Below are positions 20,073 to 29,143 of a DNA stretch of 64,000 bases, piece after piece (within the stretch, counting starts at the first letter, position 1; each line of letters begins with the position of its first letter). The stretch is from a virus. Made by a program: the position numbers and the translations under genes. The notes beneath the pieces are model-generated. The model had not been told where the DNA came from and ran no database searches. It worked only from the letters and a program-made list of their open reading frames with translations. The stretch is from the IMG/VR virus record IMGVR_UViG_3300009703_000010, positions 1-64,000 of that record. One strand, given 5' to 3'.

Positions 20073-20645
20073 ATGAAGGGTCAACTATCCCATAGGGTCA
20101 TGGTTAATGCTGAGGTAGGAGATTTGGTGGTCTTCGGACGGGGTTCCGGCGGTCAACAAACACCCGGTATCGTTGTCGGGAAGACACAGCGTAAACTGAG
20201 AGTGGCACCATTAACCGCGAGAGGACGACCACCGAAACCCATAGGCCGGCCGTGGACAATGCCCGCTTCGATTGTCGCAAGAAATCTCGGACCGGCTTCG
20301 GAAAGTGGGCCGGTTTGCAAGTTAAGTCTTGGCGGCCGAAACCCCACAATGATGGATCTCCTTAGTGCATCAGCGGTTGTGATCGAGATTCAAAGGCAAA
20401 TCAAAGCCGATAAGACCGCATGGAAAGCGAACCTCACAATTGTGAAGGGTGATATGTTCACTGTAACGGGTATCAATTCGAAAGTGGTGTATCGGTTGGT
20501 GCGTATCAATCAGAGAACCTGTTCTGTTATCTCCTATCTTAAGAATGAGATGGGTGGGTTCAATGAAGGTTGGCCGACCAAGATCCCCGGCACGACAGCA
20601 TGCCGTGCGGTGATTTACGATGGCGAAGACCCTGAAGAATCCTGA
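20073..20645 (+). CDS. hypothetical protein with two SH3/KOW-like repeats
   Basis: It is a 190-aa ORF on the opposite strand inside the structural module. It contains an internal repeat (EVGDLVVFGRG...RKLRV and VKGDMFTVTG...YRLVRI). Confidence 0.55.
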   Translation: MKGQLSHRVMVNAEVGDLVVFGRGSGGQQTPGIVVGKTQRKLRVAPLTARGRPPKPIGRPWTMPASIVARNLGPASESGPVCKLSLGGRNPTMMDLLSASAVVIEIQRQIKADKTAWKANLTIVKGDMFTVTGINSKVVYRLVRINQRTCSVISYLKNEMGGFNEGWPTKIPGTTACRAVIYDGEDPEES

Positions 20646-20660
20646 AAGGGCGGTATCAAA

Positions 20661-20681
20661 AGGACACTTCCTGTCCTTTTT
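20661..20681 (+). terminator. hairpin plus T-run terminator
   Basis: AGGACA-CTTCC-TGTCCT is followed by TTTT, 16 nt after the stop at 20645. Confidence 0.55.
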
Positions 20682-20767
20682 CTGTCACTTTGACGGATAC
20701 GTAGCAATATCCCAATCTGCGAATATGGCTCCTAAACGCAGACTACGAGCCTGACAGAAAACATCAG

Positions 20768-20776
20768 TTCATATAG
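20768..20776 (+). promoter_or_regulatory. TATA-like box TTCATATAG, 21 nt upstream of the ATG at 20797
   Basis: The identical 9-mer occurs at identical spacing at 58858-58866 before the ATG at 58887. Confidence 0.5.
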
Positions 20777-20796
20777 TAACACGAGGTGGGATAATC

Positions 20797-21642
20797 ATGG
20801 CCGAGAACCATTCCGCGAAAACCGCGAGCACGATTGAACTGATGAAGACTAACCCGGAAGCATGGGGGATTGCCCCCATGACCGTCCGCAAGGAGACCCG
20901 CGACCTTCGGCTCCCGGTCAAATGCCCGGTTTGTCGAGGCAACAAATATGTTTACGGTGCAGGGCACAAAGACGGGCAGCAGTATGACCTCAGCACAGTC
21001 CACCGAGAACTCGTGGAGTCGGGCGAGACCGACTGCGATAATTACAACGACTTCGTCCGCTCCCACCGCAAGTTCACCGGATACGATGAAGACGGCAAGC
21101 CAATGGTCGAGAGCCGACCAGCAGGATGCGAGCAATTCGGATACACCCTATACGGGCATAGTGTTGAGTGCTGGAACTGCACCGGCCAGCGTGGTCGACC
21201 AACAGGCAAGGTAGTCATCCTTCACAAAGACCACCCATGCAACATTCACACCCCAGCATGGCCGGCCGGAACCGAGTTCACCAGCCGATTCAATCGCTGC
21301 GACTGCGAGGCTTGCGGCAAGAACAACATCAAGTCCGGTTGCATCCCGGTCATGGCACGAACCACAGAAGGGGGCACAGTTGGAATGTTTGTCGGCAACG
21401 CCTGCGTGAAGAGATTCGGACTCCAGCAATTCAAGACAGCAGATCAGCAGGCAAGCCGATGGATAGGCAAGGGTCTTTCATCCGGCGAGATGGTATTGGA
21501 TATTTACGAGCGCAGTTACGAAGTCCGCGAGAGCATTTCAATCACCACAGTCAGCGGCGGGGAGTTCCCTTGCCCTCACTGCGACAAAGTCTACAAATCC
21601 CGAGCCGGGCGATACAACCACTTGAAGAACTACCATCAGTGA
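20797..21642 (+). CDS. multi-zinc-binding protein with a C-terminal C2H2 finger
   Basis: It contains CPVCRGNK, ECWNCTG and CDCEACGKN...GNACVKRF modules and ends in CPHCDKVYKSRAGRYNHLKNYH. Confidence 0.65.
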   Translation: MAENHSAKTASTIELMKTNPEAWGIAPMTVRKETRDLRLPVKCPVCRGNKYVYGAGHKDGQQYDLSTVHRELVESGETDCDNYNDFVRSHRKFTGYDEDGKPMVESRPAGCEQFGYTLYGHSVECWNCTGQRGRPTGKVVILHKDHPCNIHTPAWPAGTEFTSRFNRCDCEACGKNNIKSGCIPVMARTTEGGTVGMFVGNACVKRFGLQQFKTADQQASRWIGKGLSSGEMVLDIYERSYEVRESISITTVSGGEFPCPHCDKVYKSRAGRYNHLKNYHQ

Positions 21643-21647
21643 TTATC

Positions 21648-21965
21648 ATGACTTACTATCACACCGTCACCACTTTCTCCGGTTCCCTTGATCCGGTCAA
21701 AGTTACTCACTACACCAATGCGGCGCAAGAAGCATATGTAATCACACTCCCAGCCGATGCGGTGGTTCACTACGCCGGGACATCGGCCGGAGATATGCGT
21801 AGTGCCTTCAATGCGGCCCGCAATGCCCCAACCCCCACAGGACAGGACATTCAGGATTCAATCGCGGCTACGGCCGCTCTACGGGCCATCCAACGGGTTT
21901 GTGAGTCCGACGAGATCCATACCCGTGCGCAAATCCAAGCGATAGTCGATTTTGCTGCGATATAA
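21648..21965 (+). CDS. hypothetical protein
   Basis: ORF 21168..21965 is trimmed to the ATG at 21648 (MTYYHTVTT), 6 nt after the upstream stop. The upstream part overlaps the previous gene in another frame. Confidence 0.5.
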   Translation: MTYYHTVTTFSGSLDPVKVTHYTNAAQEAYVITLPADAVVHYAGTSAGDMRSAFNAARNAPTPTGQDIQDSIAATAALRAIQRVCESDEIHTRAQIQAIVDFAAI

Positions 21966-22048
21966 GCCCCGTTCTCATTAGAGGGGGGGTAATCAGCCAC
22001 CGGAGCCAAGCACGCCCGTAGGGGCGCGTTATACAGGCCGTAACCGGC
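21963..22048 (-). repeat. dispersed intergenic repeat, copy G (inverted orientation, degenerate core)
   Basis: The reverse complement GTATAACGCGCCCCTACGGGCG..GGCTCCGGTGGCTGATTACCCCCCCTCTAATGAGAACGGGGCTTA aligns with copy C. Confidence 0.55.
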
Positions 22049-22051
22049 AAT

Positions 22052-22396
22052 CTATGCCTGTGATTCGAATAGGGCCTTGACTTCAGCAATGGTCATACCG
22101 CCGCAAGCGACCTCATGTGTGAGCCGTTCCCATTGGTCTGGATCGGGATGTCCGCCACCATGAGTCTGTTTCCATGCCATTTTGATTTGCTGTCGGATAC
22201 TTGATTTTGGTAAATCGACTTCAACCACTTCCACGACCTCTTCTTCAACGACCGTATCATCAACCACTTCTTCGTGTGGTTCATGATCAGTAAGGTGCTC
22301 GTCGAGTCGGCTCGCCAACGTTGCCTTCGTTCCTTCGGTATCTAATTCATGCTCTTCGCACAATGCGATCAATTCTTTCTTAGTTAGTTCACTCAT
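22052..22396 (-). CDS. SAP/HeH-domain protein
   Basis: It is trimmed to MSELTKKELIALCEEHELDTEGTKATLASRL, whose ATG overlaps the upstream stop (ATGA). The N-terminus is a helix-extended-helix motif. Confidence 0.55.
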   Translation of the reverse strand: MSELTKKELIALCEEHELDTEGTKATLASRLDEHLTDHEPHEEVVDDTVVEEEVVEVVEVDLPKSSIRQQIKMAWKQTHGGGHPDPDQWERLTHEVACGGMTIAEVKALFESQA

Positions 22397-22875
22397 TCTT
22401 GCCACCTTACTTGGACCGTGATATGCACTCGCCATCCCTTACAATTGGATTCGTCTGCTCCGGGTCCGCATTCTTCATCGACCCATCTCACATCAATACC
22501 ACCGAGACCCGAGACATAAACGGATTGGTAGTCGGATGATTCGATTCCCGTGTAGCCTGAACCGTCCTGTGGAGTGGTCAAGGCTACATTATTCAGCACG
22601 GTTTTGATGTTTTTGTATAGAGTCCAACGAGATGATCTCGTCGGGGCATACAATACAATGTCGAAGAATGCACGAGAGGTGCGCTGATTGGAATCAAGAG
22701 TGGATGCGTCATCCATGTGTAATGTCGGCTGAAGGGATATCTGATACGTCTTCATTTTCTTATGCTCAAGCCATCCTTCATTCACAATAGGAGTCCACAC
22801 CCCATCAGGAGAAACCGTATTGTTTTCCAATAGGTCTTTGATTGCGGTATACGGATCAGTCAATGGAACAGCCAT
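22393..22875 (-). CDS. head-tail joining / tail completion protein
   Basis: It is 160 aa and lies between the connector gene and the tail genes. The call rests on size and position only. Confidence 0.4.
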   Translation of the reverse strand: MAVPLTDPYTAIKDLLENNTVSPDGVWTPIVNEGWLEHKKMKTYQISLQPTLHMDDASTLDSNQRTSRAFFDIVLYAPTRSSRWTLYKNIKTVLNNVALTTPQDGSGYTGIESSDYQSVYVSGLGGIDVRWVDEECGPGADESNCKGWRVHITVQVRWQE

Positions 22876-22879
22876 TCAT

Positions 22880-23497
22880 TCACCCCAATACCCCGACCGC
22901 GATATTACGGTCATTTGTGATCGCTTGCAAAGCGGCTTCTGCTTCGGGTTTCATAGTTTTCAAGGTCTCGCCGTATACTTGCCGGACGCGTTCGCTACAA
23001 TTCTCATCAACCATTTTGGCTCGAAGCACCCTGACACATGCCATCATGATAGCAGCACGTCGAGCATCATCCGGGATTGTGGCGGATCCATAAGAGTAGG
23101 TCACTTTGAGATAGTCTCGGATGTTAACATCCCATTTGTTATGAAACCGAATTATCCCGGAAGCATCGTTTTGCAACCAATAATCATCCGTCCCATCACG
23201 GGCTCGGCCTTGATCAAGGGTCTTATCTGTATTCCCATCAGATCCAATGGTTACAATTGAGGTGATCGCGGTTACAGGTCGCTTTGAAAGCACGATAGTA
23301 TCCAGCCCTTTACGAGCATCGAAGTATTCTTCATGCCCGGATGTGACACCGGATACGGTGAGGCGGGCGTAATTGTCAATCGTGCGGGAGACATCGGTAA
23401 GGATAGTAGCCAGTTGTGTTGAAGTGGGAACCGACGAAGCATCGAAAGTAGTTCCGAGATAAGTCTCGATATCCGTTTCCACACAGTAGTCTACCAT
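22880..23497 (-). CDS. head-tail connector (gp6-like) protein
   Basis: The N-terminus MVDYCVETDIETYLG...STQLATILTDVSRTIDNYA resembles gp6-like connector/adaptor proteins. It lies directly downstream of the capsid gene. Confidence 0.5.
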   Translation of the reverse strand: MVDYCVETDIETYLGTTFDASSVPTSTQLATILTDVSRTIDNYARLTVSGVTSGHEEYFDARKGLDTIVLSKRPVTAITSIVTIGSDGNTDKTLDQGRARDGTDDYWLQNDASGIIRFHNKWDVNIRDYLKVTYSYGSATIPDDARRAAIMMACVRVLRAKMVDENCSERVRQVYGETLKTMKPEAEAALQAITNDRNIAVGVLG

Positions 23498-23552
23498 CTC
23501 GCTTCACCCCCGTAACAGGGATTCCGAAGACGAGTCCCTGTCAGCATCCTGC

Positions 23553-24608
23553 TTAAGCGAGGATGTTTCTGATTCGCACAATCGCAGCAGTGTGTCGCAC
23601 ATTGAACGCAAGGTCTTGACGAGGGATCAGCACGAAGCGATCACTCTTCGGTTCGTCTTCGAATCCAATACTGAATCGGCGGGCAGCCATTGCGGGATTG
23701 CCAATTACCGGTGAACGGGTGTTTACAAGAAGGGCAACACTGAGGGTCCCCAACCCATCTCCCGGATTGGTTCCGGCGGCGACCAAGTCTCCATCAGGTA
23801 GTGCGCTCGTAGCGACGACGCTGACTCCGTAGACTTTGCCGATCTCGCCTGTGAGGATTGTTGCGTTGGTTCCATACTTGTCCAATGTTTGGAGTTCGTC
23901 GAAGCCCAGCATTGTGACCTCTTGGCTGCGGTTGACAATCAAAAGGAGTTCATCGCGGTTCTGTGCATACACTCCCATGTTCGCAATCGCGGTTCGGATG
24001 TCGGCAATAGCCAAAGCATCTCCACCGGCGTCGACTGCTGTCCCTGTTCCCAGCATCCGCAATCCGTTGAACTGCAAGAGGTGAGTGTTGTTGCTTGCAT
24101 TAACTCCACCGGGGTTATTGACCGCGTGATATGCTCCGTTGATGTTGTCTGCGTAGGCGCTTCCGGTCTCGGTGTCGCCATTCAGGATCATTTGTTCCTC
24201 GTTGAAAGCAAGTCTCAGCGCGATATCATCTCGGATCGCAGGCATGATTCCCTGCACTCCGTATGCAATCAGACGGTTACCAATGGGGACATTTGCAATC
24301 AGCGTCTTCATCTCAAGGGTAACATCTGCGGTGGCGTGGCGGGACTCCGTTCCTGCGGTTCCTGCTTCAACCGATGCAAGAGTGTGACCCTCAAAGGTAA
24401 CGCTTCCAGTGATCTTCGGTAGTTTCAGTGTATCACGGCTCATGCTGACATTCGGAAATGCCTGCCTTGCCCATGATCGCTCGTATACCATTCCGATGAT
24501 CTCTTCTGCGGTCTCATCAGGGAGGAACTCTGTGCCTGTAGTGCTTGCTGCACCGGCAAGAGCCGCCTTGAGATAACTTACTCCGTCTTTCAATTCTTCT
24601 GCTGTCAT
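23553..24608 (-). CDS. major capsid protein, HK97 fold
   Basis: It is 351 aa and follows the protease. Its sequence pattern is typical of HK97-like MCPs, and it is very acidic and Lys-poor. Confidence 0.85.
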   Translation of the reverse strand: MTAEELKDGVSYLKAALAGAASTTGTEFLPDETAEEIIGMVYERSWARQAFPNVSMSRDTLKLPKITGSVTFEGHTLASVEAGTAGTESRHATADVTLEMKTLIANVPIGNRLIAYGVQGIMPAIRDDIALRLAFNEEQMILNGDTETGSAYADNINGAYHAVNNPGGVNASNNTHLLQFNGLRMLGTGTAVDAGGDALAIADIRTAIANMGVYAQNRDELLLIVNRSQEVTMLGFDELQTLDKYGTNATILTGEIGKVYGVSVVATSALPDGDLVAAGTNPGDGLGTLSVALLVNTRSPVIGNPAMAARRFSIGFEDEPKSDRFVLIPRQDLAFNVRHTAAIVRIRNILA

Positions 24609-24630
24609 ATTTTCTAACTCCTTTTGTATC

Positions 24631-24639
24631 CTATATTAT
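24631..24639 (-). promoter_or_regulatory. TATA-like box (minus strand ATAATATAG), 23 nt upstream of the capsid ATG
   Basis: The minus strand reads CCATAATATAGGATACAAAAGGAGTTAGAAAATATG. Confidence 0.45.
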
Positions 24640-24648
24640 GGATTCTGA

Positions 24649-26049
24649 TTACTGATTGTTGCTGCCACGACCTCCAATCATGGATGCAAGCCACGCTTCG
24701 CCTTTGATGGTGCCAACGCTTGTGCCCCGCTCTTCAGCAAGGGCTTCGAATACATCTCTTCCAATTTCCGGTTCGGTGTTTACCATTGTCTTGCGCTCGG
24801 GGACCCGTGCTGTATCATTACCCAGCGCAGCCTGAACTCGTGAATCGACTTCGGCTTGAATAAATGCTTCTTGCTCTGCAGCGGCTTTCTCCGCTCGCAG
24901 GGCTGTGACTTCGGCAAGTAGTTCGTTGTCTTCCACTTCTTCCACTTCCACTTCCGCGTCCTTTGTAAAGTGATCAATGATTGCATCGAACTTCTCTTCG
25001 AGTGCATTCATTCGATCGGAGACATCGGGCACAGTGACTTCCACCTCAACCTCTTCGGTCTCCTCTGAATCAGATTGTTCGATGCTCTTAATCTCCACGT
25101 CCGGTGCCATTGGCTCCTCAACAATAGGGACTTCTTCGAGGACTACCTCGTCTTGTTCTGTCATTTCTTGGTCGGCGTCAGTCATACTCGTCTCACCTGT
25201 TCTGAATACCCACATCGAGAACGGGTTATTGAAGGAGTCAGGTGCCGCCGACTTTGTCCGCACCCTGTAACAATCCTTGACTACATCGAATAATGCCATT
25301 GGATTCGAGGGGATATCGACTACGCTGGTCTCCACCCAATCGATTTTCGTAAACCGGTGAATGACGTTCCCGTCTTCATCCGTTACCTTTTCAATCCCGC
25401 CAGCCTTTGCAATGAAGCCGATAGAAAATGCCCGGATGATTCCTTTACGCACTTTGCTAACAATGGACTTTTCTTCGCCATCGATCAATGCTCGGCCGAT
25501 GGGGACTTTGTGATCCAAACCCGGCCATTCTCCCATGCGGACATCAATCATACGACCGATCCCACCGCGTTGATGATTATGGAGAACAATTGGATTCTTC
25601 TGATATGTCGCCCACGCATCCATCACTGCCTTCGGCTCAACAATATCCCCGTCCCTATCCATTACGCCGGATGAAACCGGACCCTCGATTACTACACCGG
25701 TTCCAATTTCTTCCTCTGTAAGTGCTGGCTCGGGTTCGGCCTTTTGGGCGAGAACAACATCACCCCCCTTTACTATACTATCCGTATGGGGGGATTTCTT
25801 ATCATCCTCGTCATGTGCACTTTGTTCTTCAACCGCAGTTTCCCATTCTGCATGTGATCCGCAAGGCATGAAAAGCAATTCACCACCATCTCCGGTAAAT
25901 CCATGCACCCCTTCACAGGTCGCGCCGGTCTCAGCAATCTCACCGGAACGCGCTAATGCTTCATCAGCGGTTGTGTAGACGTCGCCACCGTGTGGTTCTT
26001 TCACAATTCGGAACGGGACGTTCAGAAGAAGAAGGGTGTTACTTGCCAT
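24649..26049 (-). CDS. prohead protease fused to a scaffold-like acidic coiled coil
   Basis: The central block DRDGDIVEPKAV...LHNHQ...AFSIGF resembles HK97-family prohead proteases. The C-terminal half is E/D-rich coiled coil. Confidence 0.75.
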   Translation of the reverse strand: MASNTLLLLNVPFRIVKEPHGGDVYTTADEALARSGEIAETGATCEGVHGFTGDGGELLFMPCGSHAEWETAVEEQSAHDEDDKKSPHTDSIVKGGDVVLAQKAEPEPALTEEEIGTGVVIEGPVSSGVMDRDGDIVEPKAVMDAWATYQKNPIVLHNHQRGGIGRMIDVRMGEWPGLDHKVPIGRALIDGEEKSIVSKVRKGIIRAFSIGFIAKAGGIEKVTDEDGNVIHRFTKIDWVETSVVDIPSNPMALFDVVKDCYRVRTKSAAPDSFNNPFSMWVFRTGETSMTDADQEMTEQDEVVLEEVPIVEEPMAPDVEIKSIEQSDSEETEEVEVEVTVPDVSDRMNALEEKFDAIIDHFTKDAEVEVEEVEDNELLAEVTALRAEKAAAEQEAFIQAEVDSRVQAALGNDTARVPERKTMVNTEPEIGRDVFEALAEERGTSVGTIKGEAWLASMIGGRGSNNQ

Positions 26050-26082
26050 TGATGGAGCCTATTCGAGAACCGGCAGTTAAAA

Positions 26083-26580
26083 TCAGACCCTGAATGCACG
26101 GCGATTCCAAGAGCGAGAGAACTCTACCTTTGTAAGGGCCGGAAGTAGATTACGGTGCTTCATCATAGCCGGCCGTAGGTATGGTGTAGGTCGAACCCCA
26201 CGCGCTGCAATGGCTCGAGCAATAACGAAGGCATTGGCGGCACTACCGGTTGCCCTTGCAGCCCATGTGAACATCTCACCCGGCGGCGGCATTCGACCCG
26301 GCGCTCTACCATATTCAACAAATGGAGCATAGTCAACACCGGTGCCCTTGCCGCCGAAGACAACAGAAACCTCATCCCCATCAATCTCGATGCGTCCTGA
26401 TCTGCGAAGTGCGCCTGTGCGGTGCGGTGCATATTCCTTCGCCGATCTCAGAATGAGTGTGGCGACCTTTTTCACCGCATTCTTCCTATCTCCGGGCAGG
26501 TCACCCGAGAATGCGAATAATGCCATACCCGCTCTAACCAACACCCCGCCGCCGCCAAATGCAAGAAGGGGGATTGCCAT
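26083..26580 (-). CDS. HK97 gp10-like head-tail component
   Basis: It is trimmed to MAIPLLAF at 26580, 3 nt after the portal stop. The strings APHRTGALRRSG and VDYAPFVEYG fit the gp10 family pattern. Confidence 0.6.
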   Translation of the reverse strand: MAIPLLAFGGGGVLVRAGMALFAFSGDLPGDRKNAVKKVATLILRSAKEYAPHRTGALRRSGRIEIDGDEVSVVFGGKGTGVDYAPFVEYGRAPGRMPPPGEMFTWAARATGSAANAFVIARAIAARGVRPTPYLRPAMMKHRNLLPALTKVEFSRSWNRRAFRV

Positions 26581-26582
26581 TT

Positions 26583-28880
26583 TCACCCCACCGGCAAGAG
26601 GAGTTCTGGATCTCCCGGCTTCGGGGACGCCATGATCGGAGTCATCGCACAGCGACAATTTGGATGTGCTGGAAGTGTTCCTCTTGCCTCAACGGCATCA
26701 TACACATAGTCTTCATACGGGCCACAGAGTTCTTTGTCGGTGGTTTCATCGATCACAACGATTCGCTGGAACTTGGTGAATCCCATTTTGGCGTATGCAG
26801 ACAGGTGACCATTTTCAACAACCCGCTGCATCTCGGTTCGGGCGATCCGCTCATAGTAATATCGTGGATACATATCGCCGGCGGGGTTAATTCGCCGACC
26901 CATTTCATTCTCAATCCATTTCCAGTTACGCCCATTTGCAACGGCGTCTTCGAAGACTTGAATCACCGCCGCCCGATGCACACCAATTGTCCGGTTTAAT
27001 GCTGGAGCAACCCATACATTCTCGAAGTATCCAATCGCTGCAATATCATCGGGGTTCAGTGACAAAGCAAGATCAAGGTCATTCGCTACGAACTCCAGTG
27101 TGTCTTCGTATCCGGATGTAATCAATCCGCGTGCAACCACCCTCTGTTGTCTGAGAGCGAACTGCACTTCTTGATCAAGAGCGTTCATTGCATCAAGGGT
27201 TTCCTGCGCTGTGACCTGCTTTGTATATCGGGCATGCCCACTCTTGAGAAATGGTGCGACCGCCTTGATCGCTCCATCAGCAAAGTCCCGTTGCACTTCG
27301 GTGAGACCATTATACATCCTGCGAGTCAACCGATCCCGGAGGATTGCTTTACGCGCTTCCCATGCTTGGTCACCTGTCCGTTTGGAAATGATGTCCATAA
27401 ACAGTGACGGGTCTACATCAGCAGCAACCTCAAGTGGTGGAGGATTAGGGGGTTGAGTGTCCTCGTCATCTCCTTCATCTCCTTCATCTCCTGAGGTGTC
27501 CCCACCGCCCGAACCCGAAGACGGGGGGGTGTCCTCAGATGGCCTGTTGATGTTCAGGACGGGGGAGACAAAGAACGGGTCATCGGCTTGAACCTCCGTG
27601 AGGGATTCGAGATCAAGCATTCGGCGTGCTTCATTGATACTGATTGCGCCCTCTTGGCGCAGGGTTGAGATTGCTTTGGATTGCTTTGCAAGAATGTCAG
27701 CGCGCTCTCCGTCTCGTGCCGGGCGGATAGGCTTGAATCGACATCTCCAATCGGTAACACCCAACAGAGGCAAAATACGGCCGTTGATTACACTCTCCAA
27801 TTTACGGTGAAACGAATCAATCACATCATACCACGCTTCGAGTTGCTGCTCAGGATTCGCAAGTTTACCGGTCTGCACCCACCCGAGTTTCATCGGCGGG
27901 ATACCAAATACCGCACAAATCTCCTCTCGGTAGTAGTAAAGTTGATCCAGAAACTGTCCTTCAGCCGGGCTGTCAATCAGTTTGTGAATGTTGAATCCAG
28001 TTCCACCATTAACTGTAATCAGCCCATACGGCGATTCACCACCCGATACCTGTTGCTCAATCAAAGCAAGCATGGCATTCATCTCCTTAGTGCTAATATC
28101 GCCCACATTCACGAGAGTCTTCGGAAGCATCCCACTGAACAGGCGACCGATGTAATCAGTCAGATTTAGTTGCCCTGACACGATTTTGAGAAGCGAGAGA
28201 AGTGGTGAAGTCCCGTATGCGCGTCCTTGCCGGAGTTTACCAATGTGAATGATCTTCTCGGATGTATACCGGCGACTGACGTCGCCGATAACTTGAACGT
28301 ATGCCGGCTTCGGCGGATCCGGTAACTTGCCTGTTGGATGCTCAGGAAGTATTCGCATTGAATCGGCTGCTGCATGCCAAATCCCCTGCAAGGTTCCAGC
28401 GTATCCCCATGTCCCCTTCTTGAGTTCCTGATCGGCGGACCCATCAAGTTCGATGTAAGCGTCGCCAAATAATTGCAGGTCGTAGATCGCCGATTCAAGC
28501 CATTCATCGCCACTGTCATCAGCATTAGGTAATCGGAAAAAGTCAACCGCCTTCTTGCGTTGCTCGGGACTTCCTTCGGTCAGATCATCGGCCAACACAA
28601 ACTCATATCCATTCCCCAAGACGTCATCGACTGTTCGGCGGAGGATTGCATCTATCACTTCTGATTTGCGAGCCACCTGTCGAATAACGCGATAGTCAAT
28701 ATCCGTTGCAAGTCCTTCTGATTCGGTGGCTTCTGAGTATTGTCCACGACGAGTAGTCTCAGCAATGCGTGCAGCAGTAGTTAGCGATTTGTAGTGATCA
28801 ATGTCCGGGTCCGTTTGTGTCAGGATGCTCTTTGCTTGACGCTTTCTACGCCACGGAAAGGACCACCTCCGGTCAGCCAT
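26583..28880 (-). CDS. portal protein fused to a MuF/SPP1 gp7-like head morphogenesis domain
   Basis: ORF 26583..28979 is trimmed to MADRRWS. The N-terminal two thirds is portal-like, and the C-terminus LPAHPNCRCAMTPI matches the MuF-type motif. Confidence 0.8.
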   Translation of the reverse strand: MADRRWSFPWRRKRQAKSILTQTDPDIDHYKSLTTAARIAETTRRGQYSEATESEGLATDIDYRVIRQVARKSEVIDAILRRTVDDVLGNGYEFVLADDLTEGSPEQRKKAVDFFRLPNADDSGDEWLESAIYDLQLFGDAYIELDGSADQELKKGTWGYAGTLQGIWHAAADSMRILPEHPTGKLPDPPKPAYVQVIGDVSRRYTSEKIIHIGKLRQGRAYGTSPLLSLLKIVSGQLNLTDYIGRLFSGMLPKTLVNVGDISTKEMNAMLALIEQQVSGGESPYGLITVNGGTGFNIHKLIDSPAEGQFLDQLYYYREEICAVFGIPPMKLGWVQTGKLANPEQQLEAWYDVIDSFHRKLESVINGRILPLLGVTDWRCRFKPIRPARDGERADILAKQSKAISTLRQEGAISINEARRMLDLESLTEVQADDPFFVSPVLNINRPSEDTPPSSGSGGGDTSGDEGDEGDDEDTQPPNPPPLEVAADVDPSLFMDIISKRTGDQAWEARKAILRDRLTRRMYNGLTEVQRDFADGAIKAVAPFLKSGHARYTKQVTAQETLDAMNALDQEVQFALRQQRVVARGLITSGYEDTLEFVANDLDLALSLNPDDIAAIGYFENVWVAPALNRTIGVHRAAVIQVFEDAVANGRNWKWIENEMGRRINPAGDMYPRYYYERIARTEMQRVVENGHLSAYAKMGFTKFQRIVVIDETTDKELCGPYEDYVYDAVEARGTLPAHPNCRCAMTPIMASPKPGDPELLLPVG

Positions 28881-28912
28881 GTAGATTTCGAGAAGAGAAC
28901 CGGCGGAAGAAC

Positions 28913-29143
28913 TCAGAGGATGGTGCTTGCAATGATCTCGCCTGTCAGAACTGCAAACAGTGCCATCGGGATTAGCCACTTGGTCATCCGGCTTAGCACG
29001 ACTTGAGCGAGTCCCATTTTCGTTTCAACACTGGTCAGCCGTTGCGCTATCTCATTGATATCGGCTTGAATGTGGGGGAGGTGGTTGTCCCGTATGGATC
29101 TGAGATCCTCATGTATCTCTCGAATAGCGTCTTTTTGTGTCAT
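28913..29143 (-). CDS. small membrane-anchored protein
   Basis: It is 76 aa with a C-terminal hydrophobic helix (WLIPMALFAVLTGEIIASTIL). It overlaps the terminase stop by 4 nt. Confidence 0.5.
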   Translation of the reverse strand: MTQKDAIREIHEDLRSIRDNHLPHIQADINEIAQRLTSVETKMGLAQVVLSRMTKWLIPMALFAVLTGEIIASTIL

